This document shows positions 18,519 to 27,986 of a stretch of DNA of 64,000 nt, one piece after another (position 1 is the first letter of the stretch; every line of letters begins with the position of its first letter). The DNA lies in the NCBI GenBank assembly GCA_036489885.1, contig DASXEW010000002.1:32111-96110 (forward strand), written 5' to 3'. The stretch is from Vulcanimicrobiaceae bacterium. Its GTDB lineage: Bacteria; Vulcanimicrobiota; Vulcanimicrobiia; Vulcanimicrobiales; Vulcanimicrobiaceae. Below the pieces are notes generated by a model, which made no database searches, was not told where the DNA came from, and saw only the letters and a program-made list of their open reading frames with translations. The position numbers and the translations under genes are program-made.

Positions 18519-19537
18519 TGGAAGCCGTCCGAACCATCCCGAGGGAAATCGACTGGGCCGAAGCCTACGTCGGGGGCGACTACCTGTTGCTGCGCACTTC
18601 CGAACGTAGAAATCATCATTTAAACGCTGTCATTTGGCGATGCGCGGTTCGCGAGTTTAACGATTTCAATGCATTCTTCGCAGAGTTCGGCCGTATGTGC
18701 GCCGGTCGCGAGGTCGTCATCGCCTTGGGTGACTCGAACACCGCGGGTGACCGTGCATGGCCGCGGCGTCTCGCAGAGCAAGACAGCGCAATCGATGAAG
18801 TTGCCGTTCTCAATCTCTCCGACTTCGATCAAGTCGTCGATCAGCAGACGTATCGTCTCCGGTTGGGTGCTTCACATCCGTCCTTGGCGCGGGCCTCTCG
18901 AAGGACGGTAGTGTATCTGGGCGGTCTCGTCGACGTCGAGAGGCGCCTTGTCTATCACCTAGACTTTCTCGCCGGCCGGCGGTCATCACCGCTCTTACGC
19001 AGTGAAACTGAACTCGCGGAGGACATCTACGGCTCCGAGATCGCGCGGCTTCTTCGGCAAATTCCGTCTGACGAAGACGAAGCGCAACGCTGGATCGCCC
19101 GCCGCACCGTCGCTGCGGTCAAGATTCTCGATCGCATTTGCGCCGACTTGGGTCACAGATTCCTCGCCGTGCTGCAGCCGTTATGCTATCAGGATCTCGT
19201 CCCGGCGTATATGCAATTCCTAAAGCGCGGGTACACGCAGGAGAGTCATGAGCTAACGTTCGAGCAATGGTGCGCTAAGTGGCCCTTTTTCATCGACGCC
19301 GACGATCGCTTTAAGTTGCCGGTGCGTCCGTATCTCGACCGCTTACGAGATTTGTGGCAGCGAGAAGCCGCGAAATCATCTCACGGACGCTACATTGACG
19401 CCGCGGCTTCATTCGAAGCCGTGTCAGAATGTCCTTACGGCGACCAGGGCGTAGGTCAAGATGCCGTGCATTACAACGATGAGGGCGCGCATTTCATTGC
19501 TCGCATGATCCTTTCGCTCTCACGCGACGATGTTTAA
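18518..19537 (+). CDS. SGNH/GDSL-type hydrolase-like protein
   Basis: Its start overlaps the GSCFA stop by 1 nt. Block I is VVIALGDSNTAG and block V is DAVHYNDEGAH. 339 aa with no signal peptide. Confidence 0.55.
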   Translation: MEAVRTIPREIDWAEAYVGGDYLLLRTSERRNHHLNAVIWRCAVREFNDFNAFFAEFGRMCAGREVVIALGDSNTAGDRAWPRRLAEQDSAIDEVAVLNLSDFDQVVDQQTYRLRLGASHPSLARASRRTVVYLGGLVDVERRLVYHLDFLAGRRSSPLLRSETELAEDIYGSEIARLLRQIPSDEDEAQRWIARRTVAAVKILDRICADLGHRFLAVLQPLCYQDLVPAYMQFLKRGYTQESHELTFEQWCAKWPFFIDADDRFKLPVRPYLDRLRDLWQREAAKSSHGRYIDAAASFEAVSECPYGDQGVGQDAVHYNDEGAHFIARMILSLSRDDV

Positions 19538-20697
19538 TCCGATCGCGAGCCGAGTGCAGTAGCGGTTAGTGGTTCGCGTTCCACCAGATGAGAAATGAGC
19601 ACTGCCGCATCAGCGGCCGCTTCCGGTCGCCGCAGCGTCTCGGCGCGCGCAAGTTGCCGGTCGCGCTCGTGCGGCCACTGCAGCACACGTTGTACCGATT
19701 GCGTTATCTCATCGATCGTCGAAGCATTGAGTGCAGCGCCGCGTTCGAGCAGGTAGCGCGTATTCCGTTGCTCCTGGCCGCCGAGCGGTTTCACGAGCAC
19801 CATTGGAATGCGTGCCACGAGCGCTTCGGAGATCGTTAGTCCGCCGGGCTTCGTTAGCAACACGTCTGCAGCGTGCATGTAGTCGTAAACGTTCTCCTCG
19901 AAGCCGCGTACCAGTACCGGATACGGTAAACGCGAAACCCATTCACGCAAGCGCGCTTCGCGACGCGCATTTTTCCCCGTTAGCACGACGGCTGCGACCG
20001 AGTGCGAGACGTCCTCGAGACCACGCAGCATCATTTCCAGCGGGCCAATGCCGAGCCCCCCGGCCATCACAAGCACGAGTCGCCGTTGACCGAGCGTCCC
20101 AAGACCCAGCGCAATTCGAGCCTGCGTCTTTGATGCGATCGAACCAAAACGCGGATCGACCGGGATTCCCGTCGTTTGCACGCGCGACGGATTGACACCG
20201 CGCGCGATCAGCACGTCGCGCATCTGCGGCGTCGCGACGGCGTAGGCATCGATGTTCCGGTAGATCCAAAACGGGTGCACGACGTAATCGGTGACGATGC
20301 CCATGACCGGAAGCGTCGGATCGATCCCGGCTTTGTAGTCCGCCATGATGCCGCATGGAAAGGCGTGCGTGCAGACGACGCAACTCGGCTGAATTGACTC
20401 GATCAGCGCGTGCAGGTTCTGCGCACCCAGGCGGCTGAGCCATCTCCGCGACGAGCCGACCTTGCGGGCCCGCTCGACGCGATCGTACAGAAATCCGTAC
20501 ATCCACGGCGCGACTTTGACCATCCGGATGTAGCCGTCGGCAGCGATCTTCGAAAAGAACGGAACGGCATGCGCGTACGCGTCGACGATGCGCACGTCGA
20601 GGTCGTGCTCGCCGAGCGCCGTCTCGACGGCTTTTGCCGCCGAGGTGTGCCCTACCCCGACGCTCGCCGAAAGAAAGAGAACCGGACCCGGCGTAAT
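19534..20697 (-). CDS. glycolipid synthase, GT28 MGDG-synthase/UgtP-like (proposed ATT start)
   Basis: MGDG_synth-like sequence. The conserved N-terminal loop VLFLSASVGVGHTSAA lies in frame upstream of the first canonical start (GTG at 20595). The only plausible initiator is the ATT at 20697..20695, 10 nt after GGAGG. Confidence 0.7.
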   Translation of the reverse strand: MTPGPVLFLSASVGVGHTSAAKAVETALGEHDLDVRIVDAYAHAVPFFSKIAADGYIRMVKVAPWMYGFLYDRVERARKVGSSRRWLSRLGAQNLHALIESIQPSCVVCTHAFPCGIMADYKAGIDPTLPVMGIVTDYVVHPFWIYRNIDAYAVATPQMRDVLIARGVNPSRVQTTGIPVDPRFGSIASKTQARIALGLGTLGQRRLVLVMAGGLGIGPLEMMLRGLEDVSHSVAAVVLTGKNARREARLREWVSRLPYPVLVRGFEENVYDYMHAADVLLTKPGGLTISEALVARIPMVLVKPLGGQEQRNTRYLLERGAALNASTIDEITQSVQRVLQWPHERDRQLARAETLRRPEAAADAAVLISHLVEREPLTATALGSRSD

Positions 20698-21005
20698 TAC
20701 GGCTTTCCCTCCGGCTCGTCTTCGTCAGCTTCTTCCGCGAGCGCAAAGAAGTCATCGAGGATTTCTTGCGCGAGCGCCTCGTCTGCAAGCAGATTGCCCG
20801 TCGCGTCGGAGACGACAAACTCGTCCTCACCTTCGCTGTAGCAGATTGCATACGTCGTTTTATCCTCGTCCTCGACGAGCCCGACGACCTCGAACTCGAT
20901 CTCGCGACCGTCTGTCGTCTCCACGACGAAGGTCTCGCGTAGCTCGAGCGCTGCGTCGCCCTCACCAGGCGAAAGGGCCTCACCGTTTCCGTTATGCGAG
21001 CTGAT
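20697..21005 (-). CDS. DUF1292-family protein (proposed ATC start; minimal version 20697..20924 from a GTG)
   Basis: ETFVVETTDGREIEFEVVGLVEDEDKTTYAI with an acidic tail, typical of YrzB/DUF1292. GGAGG lies 6 nt upstream of the in-frame ATC at 21005. Confidence 0.6.
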   Translation of the reverse strand: MSSHNGNGEALSPGEGDAALELRETFVVETTDGREIEFEVVGLVEDEDKTTYAICYSEGEDEFVVSDATGNLLADEALAQEILDDFFALAEEADEDEPEGKP

Positions 21006-21019
21006 GGCGGGCCTCCGAT

Positions 21020-21997
21020 CTAGTGCAGATAGCGTTCGACGTTTGCGTTGTGTTCCCCGAGCGTCCGGGCAAATGCGTGGTGGCCGTTCCCTTTATAGAC
21101 ATAGTAATAGTAATCCGTTCGCTGCGGATGCAATGCTCCCAGCAAGGAGGGGAGGCCGGGGTTGGCAATCGGCGTCGGCGGGAGCCCCACGTGCAGATAC
21201 GTGTTGTACGGCGTATCGGTACGCAAGTCGGCACGCGTAATCTCAATATGATGATTCGGAAACGCATATTCCAGAGACGCATCGACCTGCAGAGGCATAC
21301 CTTTGCGTAAGCGGTTGTAGATGACGCCGGCGATCAAAGCACGCTCGTCGTCGGCTTTCGCTTCGCGCTCGACGAGCGACGCGACCGTTACGACCTGCGG
21401 AAGCGTGTATCCCAAACTACGCGCCTGCCGCTGTGCATTACCGGGCAGCTCCCTGCGAAACTGGTCGACAAGAATGCCGGCTGCAACCTCCGGCGTCACG
21501 GAAAGCGGAAAGAGATAAGTGCTCGGAAACAGGTAGCCTTCCAGACTCTGTGTGCGCACGCCGCCGAGCACGATCGTTTGGTGCTCGAAATATGCTTGGT
21601 ATGCCGCTTGCGACCCAAGCTTGTGCCCCGCGAGCGTGTCCGCGATTTGTACGGCGGTAAAGCCTTCGGGGATCGTCACCCACGTGGCAACGCGCGCGCG
21701 ACCGACTAAGAGCTCTTGCAAGACTTCATCGAGCGTCTGGTGTGCGGGAAAAATGTATTCGCCCGCCTCGAGATCGCGATCGACGCGCCGGGCTCGCGCC
21801 AAGATTCGCAGCGGCAGCGGATTCGCGATAACGTGATGCTGCGCCAACAGCACTGCTACGTCTCCCGAAGTCGCGCCGTGCGGGATAACGACGTCGGTAG
21901 CTACGCTCGGCCGGCTCCGGTCGGCAAAAGCGACGTACCAAAACAGTGCGAGCGCCGCGACGGCGAGCAGCGCGAGGATTGCGGCGAGGCGCCTCAA
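21020..21997 (-). CDS. mltG: endolytic murein transglycosylase MltG (YceG-like)
   Basis: N-terminal TM segment, SLVEREA catalytic motif, YNTY motif, 325 aa. Confidence 0.9.
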   Translation of the reverse strand: MRRLAAILALLAVAALALFWYVAFADRSRPSVATDVVIPHGATSGDVAVLLAQHHVIANPLPLRILARARRVDRDLEAGEYIFPAHQTLDEVLQELLVGRARVATWVTIPEGFTAVQIADTLAGHKLGSQAAYQAYFEHQTIVLGGVRTQSLEGYLFPSTYLFPLSVTPEVAAGILVDQFRRELPGNAQRQARSLGYTLPQVVTVASLVEREAKADDERALIAGVIYNRLRKGMPLQVDASLEYAFPNHHIEITRADLRTDTPYNTYLHVGLPPTPIANPGLPSLLGALHPQRTDYYYYVYKGNGHHAFARTLGEHNANVERYLH

Positions 21998-22410
21998 CCG
22001 TGCTTCCGTCGCGCGAGGTAGGTATCGAGGATCAAGGCCGCGGCCAGTTTGTCGACGACTTGCCTTCGTTTCTTGCGTGAGACGTCGGCGGCGATCAGCG
22101 ATTTGGTCGCTTGTGCGGTCGTCAAGCGCTCATCGACACGTTCGATCATTCCGTTCCATCCGCGTTCGAGCTCGGCGACGAACTTATCGATCTTCTCCGA
22201 AGCTAGTCCGCGCTCGCCGCCCAAACGAACCGGATCGCCGACGACGACCACGCGGACGCCGCGCTCCGTCGCCAGTGCGACAATGCGTCCGATATCGTCA
22301 CGAATCGTCGTCCGCTCGATGACCTCGAGCGGCAGGGAAAATGAATCGCTTGGGTCCGAGACCGCTACGCCGATCCGCTTCTCACCGATATCGAGCGCTA
22401 GAATGCTCAT
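21994..22410 (-). CDS. ruvX: Holliday-junction-resolvase-like / pre-16S rRNA nuclease RuvX (YqgF)
   Basis: MSILALDIGEKRIGVAVSD. ATGA overlap with recO. The track ORF extends upstream artefactually. Confidence 0.9.
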   Translation of the reverse strand: MSILALDIGEKRIGVAVSDPSDSFSLPLEVIERTTIRDDIGRIVALATERGVRVVVVGDPVRLGGERGLASEKIDKFVAELERGWNGMIERVDERLTTAQATKSLIAADVSRKKRRQVVDKLAAALILDTYLARRKHG

Positions 22411-23174
22411 CGGCCGTGCGCCATCTCTTCGAGAAAGGCTGAAGCCTTCGCGCGTTTCCCGAGATGATAGACGAGCAGCGCATCGACCGCACGCGCCACC
22501 GACGGCAACGCGAATGTCGTCGCACCGCGCTGCGCAGGCGGTATCGCGAGCGCGTGAATGTTCTCGATCTCGTTCCCTTCGAGCTTTCCGGCATCGCCGC
22601 CGGAGTGACAAGCACCGCATACCAGGCCGCCTGCCGATGGATCGAGCCACGCTTCGCGAGCCCCTTCGAGCGACTCGCCGCACCGCACGCATACGTCCAT
22701 GCTCGGCAGGATGCCGAGCACGTCGAGCAGCCGCAGCTCGAAGCGCGGCAAGAGCTCAGGCGGCCGTTGCACAGAGACGAGCGCGTGCACGACACCGCGC
22801 AGAAGGTCGTATATCTCCGTCTGCGCCAGATCCGGTTCGCAAAACGCATCGATCAGCTCGGCGACGACGTTGGCAGTTGCAAAGGTGCTGGGTTCAACGA
22901 TTCCTTCCCACTCGGAATGCAGGATCGACGCACCCGTGATGACATCGAGCGACCTTCCGGCGTGCATCGTCAACGAGGCTTCCGTCAAAAACTCGAGCCT
23001 GCCGGCATTTTGACTCTTAATACGGCGCACGCCCTTCGCGACCGCGTCGATCTTTCCGCGCGCGCGCGTGAACAGCGTGAAAATCTTGTCTGCTTCGCCG
23101 AGATTACGTCCACGCAGGACGAACGCGTCGGTCTTATATGCCCGTTCGTGCAAGGTGCCGCGGACCGAACGCAT
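22407..23174 (-). CDS. recO: DNA repair protein RecO
   Basis: OB-fold N-terminus (DAFVLRGRNLGEADKIFTLFT) and a Cys-rich zinc motif (CVRCGE...CGAC). The exact start is uncertain. Confidence 0.85.
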   Translation of the reverse strand: MRSVRGTLHERAYKTDAFVLRGRNLGEADKIFTLFTRARGKIDAVAKGVRRIKSQNAGRLEFLTEASLTMHAGRSLDVITGASILHSEWEGIVEPSTFATANVVAELIDAFCEPDLAQTEIYDLLRGVVHALVSVQRPPELLPRFELRLLDVLGILPSMDVCVRCGESLEGAREAWLDPSAGGLVCGACHSGGDAGKLEGNEIENIHALAIPPAQRGATTFALPSVARAVDALLVYHLGKRAKASAFLEEMAHGR

Positions 23175-23526
23175 CCGGTAGGAGATCGCGCAGGGCCACG
23201 TCGTCGCATCCTTCGCGAACGACGCGCATGTCGCCGAACTCGGAGAGTGCCTGGCGGCAAGCGCCGCACGGCGTCAGAGCGACGCCTTCGGGCCCGACGA
23301 TTGCAATCGCGTCAAAGTCACGGTGTCCACGTGCCACCGCCGAAAAGAGTGCCGTTCGCTCCGCACACATTCCGACCGGATACGACGCGTTCTCGACGTT
23401 TGCGCCGGTGACGACGTCGCCGGCTTTCGTTGCGAGCGCAGCCCCGACCGCAAAATTCGAATACGGTGCGTAGGCGTGCTCGCGTGCCTTGCGGGCCGCT
23501 GCGAGCAGCTCAGATGCTGCGGGCAT
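23134..23526 (-). CDS. cdd: cytidine deaminase
   Basis: CAERTA and PCGACRQ zinc-binding motifs, 130 aa. Confidence 0.9.
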   Translation of the reverse strand: MPAASELLAAARKAREHAYAPYSNFAVGAALATKAGDVVTGANVENASYPVGMCAERTALFSAVARGHRDFDAIAIVGPEGVALTPCGACRQALSEFGDMRVVREGCDDVALRDLLPDAFGPRHLARTGI

Positions 23527-24817
23527 CGGCCTCGAGCGATTCTTCCGTATGGGCGTGACCGTTGAGCTTGATGCGAATTGAGAGGATGCGCCGGTTCCGC
23601 ATGCGCTCGACGCGTAGTTTCACGCCGTCAACGGTAGTCATCTCCTCTCCCTCGTGTGGGAAATGACCGAGGCTTCCAACGAGATACCCACCGATCGTCT
23701 CGAACTCTTCATGCGCGAGATGCGTTCCGAGCTCCGCGTTGACGTCTTCGATGTTGACGCGCGCATCGACGATCGCTTCGGTCGGATCGAGCACGTGAAT
23801 CGGCTCTTCTTCGCCTTGATCGTGCTCGTCCCGAATCTCGCCGACGATCTCTTCGAGAATGTCTTCATCCGTGACGAGACCAGCCGTTCCGCCGTACTCG
23901 TCGAGCACGATCGCCAGCGAAAACTGATCGCGCTTCATATCTCTGAGCAGATCGGCGACCTTTTTGTTTTCGGGAACGACGGCGACCTTACGCATGATGG
24001 AGCGGATCGACGCCGATGCGATGCTCCCGTTGGCGAGCGCGATCAACAACTCGCGCTCGTAAACGGCACCGATGATGTTGTCGATCGTCTCCTCGTAGAC
24101 GGGCAGTTTCGAATAACCCTCGGAGATGACGAGCTCGAGTGCCTTACGCGGCGTCTCGTTGACGGCGATGCACACCATCGTCGGACGCGGCTGCATGACC
24201 TCGCGAACAATCGTGTCCCCGAATTGGATGACCGAATGAATCATCTCCCGCTCTTCTTCTTCGAGCACTTTTTGCTCCGCACCGACGTTGACGATCGTGC
24301 GAATATCCTCTTCCGTGATGAACGGGCCTTGCATGCTCGGTCGAATGCCGAATGGCCGGACGAATATGTAGGTGATGCCGACGAAGACGCGATTGATCGG
24401 ATTGAGCAACCACGCGCCGCGCTCCAGCGCCGGGGCGAGCCTTATTGCCCACCGCTCCGAATTCGCGACCGCAACCGTCTTCGGAATTATTTCGCCGAAC
24501 AGCAAGATCAAGACCGTCATCAGGAGCGTCGACCAAATCGCGGCGTGAGGGATGCCTTCGCGAATGAAAATCCAGGTCGCAAGCGAGTCGGCCGCAAGCA
24601 GCACGACGGTATTGCCGATCAAGACGGTCGCGAGCAACCGGCTACGCTCGTCGAGGAGACGCAGTGCGGAGCGGCTCCCGCGGACTTTCTGCTCGACCAT
24701 TTGGCGCATGCGCAAACGCGAGACCGAGATCAGCGCAGCCTCGGACGCGGCAAAAAATGCCGCTCCTCCGATGAGAAGAACGAGCGCCATGATCTCCCAG
24801 GCTAAGTTGGCCGGCAT
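23510..24817 (-). CDS. CNNM/hemolysin-family protein (DUF21-CBS pair-CorC_HlyC)
   Basis: Four N-terminal TM segments, a CBS region and a C-terminal CorC/HlyC-like domain. 435 aa. Confidence 0.85.
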   Translation of the reverse strand: MPANLAWEIMALVLLIGGAAFFAASEAALISVSRLRMRQMVEQKVRGSRSALRLLDERSRLLATVLIGNTVVLLAADSLATWIFIREGIPHAAIWSTLLMTVLILLFGEIIPKTVAVANSERWAIRLAPALERGAWLLNPINRVFVGITYIFVRPFGIRPSMQGPFITEEDIRTIVNVGAEQKVLEEEEREMIHSVIQFGDTIVREVMQPRPTMVCIAVNETPRKALELVISEGYSKLPVYEETIDNIIGAVYERELLIALANGSIASASIRSIMRKVAVVPENKKVADLLRDMKRDQFSLAIVLDEYGGTAGLVTDEDILEEIVGEIRDEHDQGEEEPIHVLDPTEAIVDARVNIEDVNAELGTHLAHEEFETIGGYLVGSLGHFPHEGEEMTTVDGVKLRVERMRNRRILSIRIKLNGHAHTEESLEADARSI

Positions 24818-24924
24818 GTTGCTTCCGTAACCGTGCCTTACGGTGTGGGCGCCGGCTCGGGACTACCCGGTAGTGGGTCCGTACTCAAGCAGAGGTACTA
24901 TACCACGCCTTCGGGCTGTGTCCC

Positions 24925-25263
24925 TTAATGTGCCAAGAAGGCAAGCGCTAGGAGGATACCGACGGCAAGAGCACCGAGCGCGGCTATCAGGACCGAGCCG
25001 GCTGCCGCATCCTTCGCTGCCTTCGCGAGCGCGTGCCGCTCGGGCGAAACCAGGTCGACCAGCGCCTCCAGGGCCGTGTTCATGGCTTCGAAAGCGAGCA
25101 CGAAGGCGATCGTGAGGGCGAGGATTGCGAAAGCAAGCACGGGTGCGTGCAGGGCAGCGAATGCCACCATCGCGACAACGGCGAGCACGACCTGAATGCG
25201 AAAGTTTCTCTGCGTCCGCCACGCATGCACGATGCCGTCGGACGCGTGCTTCAGTACGGCCAC
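24925..25263 (-). CDS. dgkA: diacylglycerol/undecaprenol kinase DgkA family
   Basis: FEAMNTALEALVD motif, three TM segments, 112 aa. Confidence 0.85.
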   Translation of the reverse strand: MAVLKHASDGIVHAWRTQRNFRIQVVLAVVAMVAFAALHAPVLAFAILALTIAFVLAFEAMNTALEALVDLVSPERHALAKAAKDAAAGSVLIAALGALAVGILLALAFLAH

Positions 25264-25685
25264 GGCATACCGATCGCGCGCGCCAAGCGCTTTTCCTCGC
25301 GTTCCATCTGGAGACGCTCGTTGCGCCTGTGATGATCGTGACCTAAGAGATGCAAAATACCGTGAATCAGCAGACGCTCGAGCTCACGCTGCAGCGTGGC
25401 GTCGTATTCGGCAGCTTGACGTTTTGCGGTCGCAACGCTTATTACGACGTCGCCTAATAGCGGTTGCCCGGCGCCGTCGCCCAGCGGAAAGCTCAGAACG
25501 TCAGTCGGCCGATCCTTGTGACGGTACTCGCGATTGAGTTTGCGAATCGCGGCATCCCCGACCAGCGTGATCGAAAGCTGCGCGTCCGGATAGCCGATGG
25601 CGTCGAGCAACCGCTGAGCGGTACGCCGCAACGACGTCAACTTGAGGTCGCGGCTACGAACGCGGCTTACGAGCGCGACGGGCAT
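25251..25685 (-). CDS. ybeY: rRNA maturation RNase YbeY
   Basis: HGILHLLGHDH zinc motif. I chose the ATG at 25685. The longer track ORF runs out of frame over phoH. Confidence 0.9.
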   Translation of the reverse strand: MPVALVSRVRSRDLKLTSLRRTAQRLLDAIGYPDAQLSITLVGDAAIRKLNREYRHKDRPTDVLSFPLGDGAGQPLLGDVVISVATAKRQAAEYDATLQRELERLLIHGILHLLGHDHHRRNERLQMEREEKRLARAIGMPWPY

Positions 25686-26562
25686 AGGCGCGGACGATTT
25701 CCGACACGAGCGGATGCCGAACGATGTCGGTGTCGTCGAGCTCGACGATGTCGATGCCCTCGATGCCTTCGAAGAGCGTAGGCGCCTCGAGCAAACCACT
25801 GCGCACGCCGCCCGGCAAGTCGATTTGGGTGACGTCCCCGTTGACGACCATCTTGGAGCCATTGCCCAGACGCGTCAAGAACATTTTTAGCTGTTCGTGC
25901 GTTGCGTTCTGCGCCTCGTCCAGAATGATGAACGCATCCGACAGCGTTCGTCCCCGCATGTACGCGAGCGGCGCGACCTCGATCGTTCCGCGTTCGAGAT
26001 TTTTCACGACGACGCTATCGTCCAGAAGCTCGCCGAGCGCATCGTAAAGCGGGCGCAGATACGGATCGACTTTCTCGCGTAGATCGCCCGGAAGAAAACC
26101 GAGCTTCTCGCCGGCTTCGACTGCGGGACGCGAAAGAATTAGCCGCGAGACTTCGCGTGCGCGCAACGCTCGCACGGCCATGGTGACCGCCAAGAACGTC
26201 TTCCCCGAACCGGCCGGGCCGATTCCGAACGTAAGCGGCGAGCGTTCGATAGCGCGCACCAAGCGCGCTTGCCCGGGACTCTTGGGCCGAATCTCACGTC
26301 CGCGATGGGTCGTGTATAAGGTTGTCGGAATATTTTGCGCCGCAGCGTTGTCGATTTCACGCACCGCGAGCGCGACGTCGTCGGGTGTTAGCGTGCTACC
26401 GCCGCGCGCGGCGACGTTCATTTGCTCGAGCACGTGCATCGCGCGCGCCACCGCGGGTTGCTCGCCGCTCACGAAAACGCGATTCCCGTCCAGGCGCACG
26501 ACGACCGGGACGAGCGCTTCAAGCGCCGTCAGATTCTGATCGAATTGACCGAAAACGCGCAA
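25654..26562 (-). CDS. phoH: PhoH-family ATPase (YbeZ-like)
   Basis: Walker A GPAGSGKTF and DEAQN motifs. A TTG start at 26562 would make the N-terminus short; see noticed_but_rejected. Confidence 0.9.
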   Translation of the reverse strand: MRVFGQFDQNLTALEALVPVVVRLDGNRVFVSGEQPAVARAMHVLEQMNVAARGGSTLTPDDVALAVREIDNAAAQNIPTTLYTTHRGREIRPKSPGQARLVRAIERSPLTFGIGPAGSGKTFLAVTMAVRALRAREVSRLILSRPAVEAGEKLGFLPGDLREKVDPYLRPLYDALGELLDDSVVVKNLERGTIEVAPLAYMRGRTLSDAFIILDEAQNATHEQLKMFLTRLGNGSKMVVNGDVTQIDLPGGVRSGLLEAPTLFEGIEGIDIVELDDTDIVRHPLVSEIVRAYARRARKPRS

Positions 26563-26651
26563 TGGATCGACGGCTCGTCCGAGCTCAAAAATTTCTTCGC
26601 TGCTGATTTGCTTGACGGCTAAGCCTCGTCGCCTGTAACGGTCACAAACTC

Positions 26652-26984
26652 CTAAACGCCGGGCGGGTCCCAGAGGTTCTGCCGGCGCAGCGCCAGCGGC
26701 GGCCCGAGGATCTCCGTCGCGACGACGGTGCGGATCAAACTCTGCGGGTCGGCGAACAGCCGCCTGGGTTCGATCCGCCGTTCAGCAGGTTGGACGGGTG
26801 GCGGTTCCACACGAGGTTTCGCCCGGTGGATCACCGGGATGACGGGCGCGGCCTGCGCGGCTGGCGGAGCCTGACGCGAGGGAAGGGCGCTTGGGAGTAC
26901 GGCGGCCTCTTCCCCACGGCGCGCGCGCGCCGCCGCGGCAGCGTCCGCAATGCTCTCGATGATCGAGACGAGGATGTCGCTCAC
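26652..26984 (-). CDS. hypothetical Pro/Ala-rich protein
   Basis: GTGA overlap with the floA stop. 110 aa, low complexity, no recognisable domain. Confidence 0.4.
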   Translation of the reverse strand: MSDILVSIIESIADAAAAARARRGEEAAVLPSALPSRQAPPAAQAAPVIPVIHRAKPRVEPPPVQPAERRIEPRRLFADPQSLIRTVVATEILGPPLALRRQNLWDPPGV

Positions 26985-27985
26985 GAGGTGGGGGGTGCCA
27001 TCGACGGCGGCGGCGGCTCGGGTGTGACGCCGCCGGAGATTGCGGAGCGCATCTCGGTATCAGCCTTGATGTTGTTCATCCTGTAGTAGTCCATGATGCC
27101 GAGATTCCCGGAACGAAACGCCTCGGCGACCGCGAGCGGCACCGCGGCTTCGGCTTCGACAACGCGCGCACGCATGCGCTGTGTCTCGGCCTTTTGCTCC
27201 TGTTCGCCGGCCTGGGCAGCGTATTGACGCTCCGCCGCTTTCGCTTGTGCGATCCGCCGGTCGGCTTCAGCTTGAGAGATCTGCAGCTCCGCGCCGATGT
27301 TCTTTCCGACGTCGACATCCGCAATATCGATCGAAACGATCTCGAATGCCGTGCCCGCATCGAGACCCTTCGAGAGAACCGCTTTCGAGATGCGATCCGG
27401 ATATTCGAGAACTTCCTTATGATCGATGGCCGCTCCGACCGCGGAAACGACGCCTTCGCCGACGCGTGCGACGATCGTCGGCTCGCCGGCGCCGCCGACG
27501 TACCGATCCAGATTGCTTCGCACCGTAATACGTGCCTTGACGTTGAGCTGAATGCCGTTTTGCGCGACGCCTTGGAATGTCGGCGTCTCGATCACTTTCG
27601 GAACTACCGACGTTTGCAGCGCTTCCAAGACGTTGCGCCCGGCGAGATCGATCGCCGCGGCGCGCTGCCATTCGAGCGGAATTTGGGCGCGCTGTGCCGC
27701 GATCATTGCGAGCGTGACGTTATCGATGTTGCCGCCTGCCAGCAGATGTGATTGGAGCTGGTCGATCGTCAACGGCAATCCGGCTTTGCGTGCGCGAACC
27801 AAGTTGGTCACGATCGTCCCTGGAGGGATCCCGATGAGCCGCATCCGGATCAGGGAGAGAATCGAAAGCGGGACGCCCGCCGCGATCGTCCTGATCCACA
27901 TCCCGAGCGGAAAGTAGTACAGGAAGATCATCAAACCGACAATGGCCGCAAGCGCGATCAGGCCGATGCCAAAATCCAAGGTCAT
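26981..27985 (-). CDS. floA: flotillin-like SPFH protein FloA (UPF0365/YqfA)
   Basis: MTLDFGIG..., N-terminal TM hairpin, [20 protein letters not shown] and [10 protein letters not shown] motifs, C-terminal coiled-coil. Confidence 0.85.
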   Translation of the reverse strand: MTLDFGIGLIALAAIVGLMIFLYYFPLGMWIRTIAAGVPLSILSLIRMRLIGIPPGTIVTNLVRARKAGLPLTIDQLQSHLLAGGNIDNVTLAMIAAQRAQIPLEWQRAAAIDLAGRNVLEALQTSVVPKVIETPTFQGVAQNGIQLNVKARITVRSNLDRYVGGAGEPTIVARVGEGVVSAVGAAIDHKEVLEYPDRISKAVLSKGLDAGTAFEIVSIDIADVDVGKNIGAELQISQAEADRRIAQAKAAERQYAAQAGEQEQKAETQRMRARVVEAEAAVPLAVAEAFRSGNLGIMDYYRMNNIKADTEMRSAISGGVTPEPPPPSMAPPTS

Positions 27986-27986
27986 A

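Noticed and set aside
20697-20699. Programmed frameshift or readthrough fusing DUF1292 to the glycolipid synthase.
   Set aside because: There is no slippery heptamer at the junction. A good Shine-Dalgarno precedes the ATT. The two proteins are independent families, so independent (re)initiation is simpler.
24818-24924. The 107-nt spacer upstream of the CNNM/CorC gene as a metal (Mg/Mn) riboswitch.
   Set aside because: It contains only short local hairpins (CCGTAA..TTACGG and a UUCG-loop stem). I could not recognise the conserved cores of M-box or yybP-ykoY elements. A covariance-model (Rfam) scan would be needed.
26563-26607. Possible non-canonical (ATC at 26607 or ATT at 26592) start for phoH. 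The TTG at 26562 gives a short N-terminus, and the frame is open upstream (…KQISSEEIFELGRAVDP).
   Set aside because: No convincing Shine-Dalgarno precedes either codon, and PhoH N-termini are variable. The evidence is weaker than for the other near-cognate cases.
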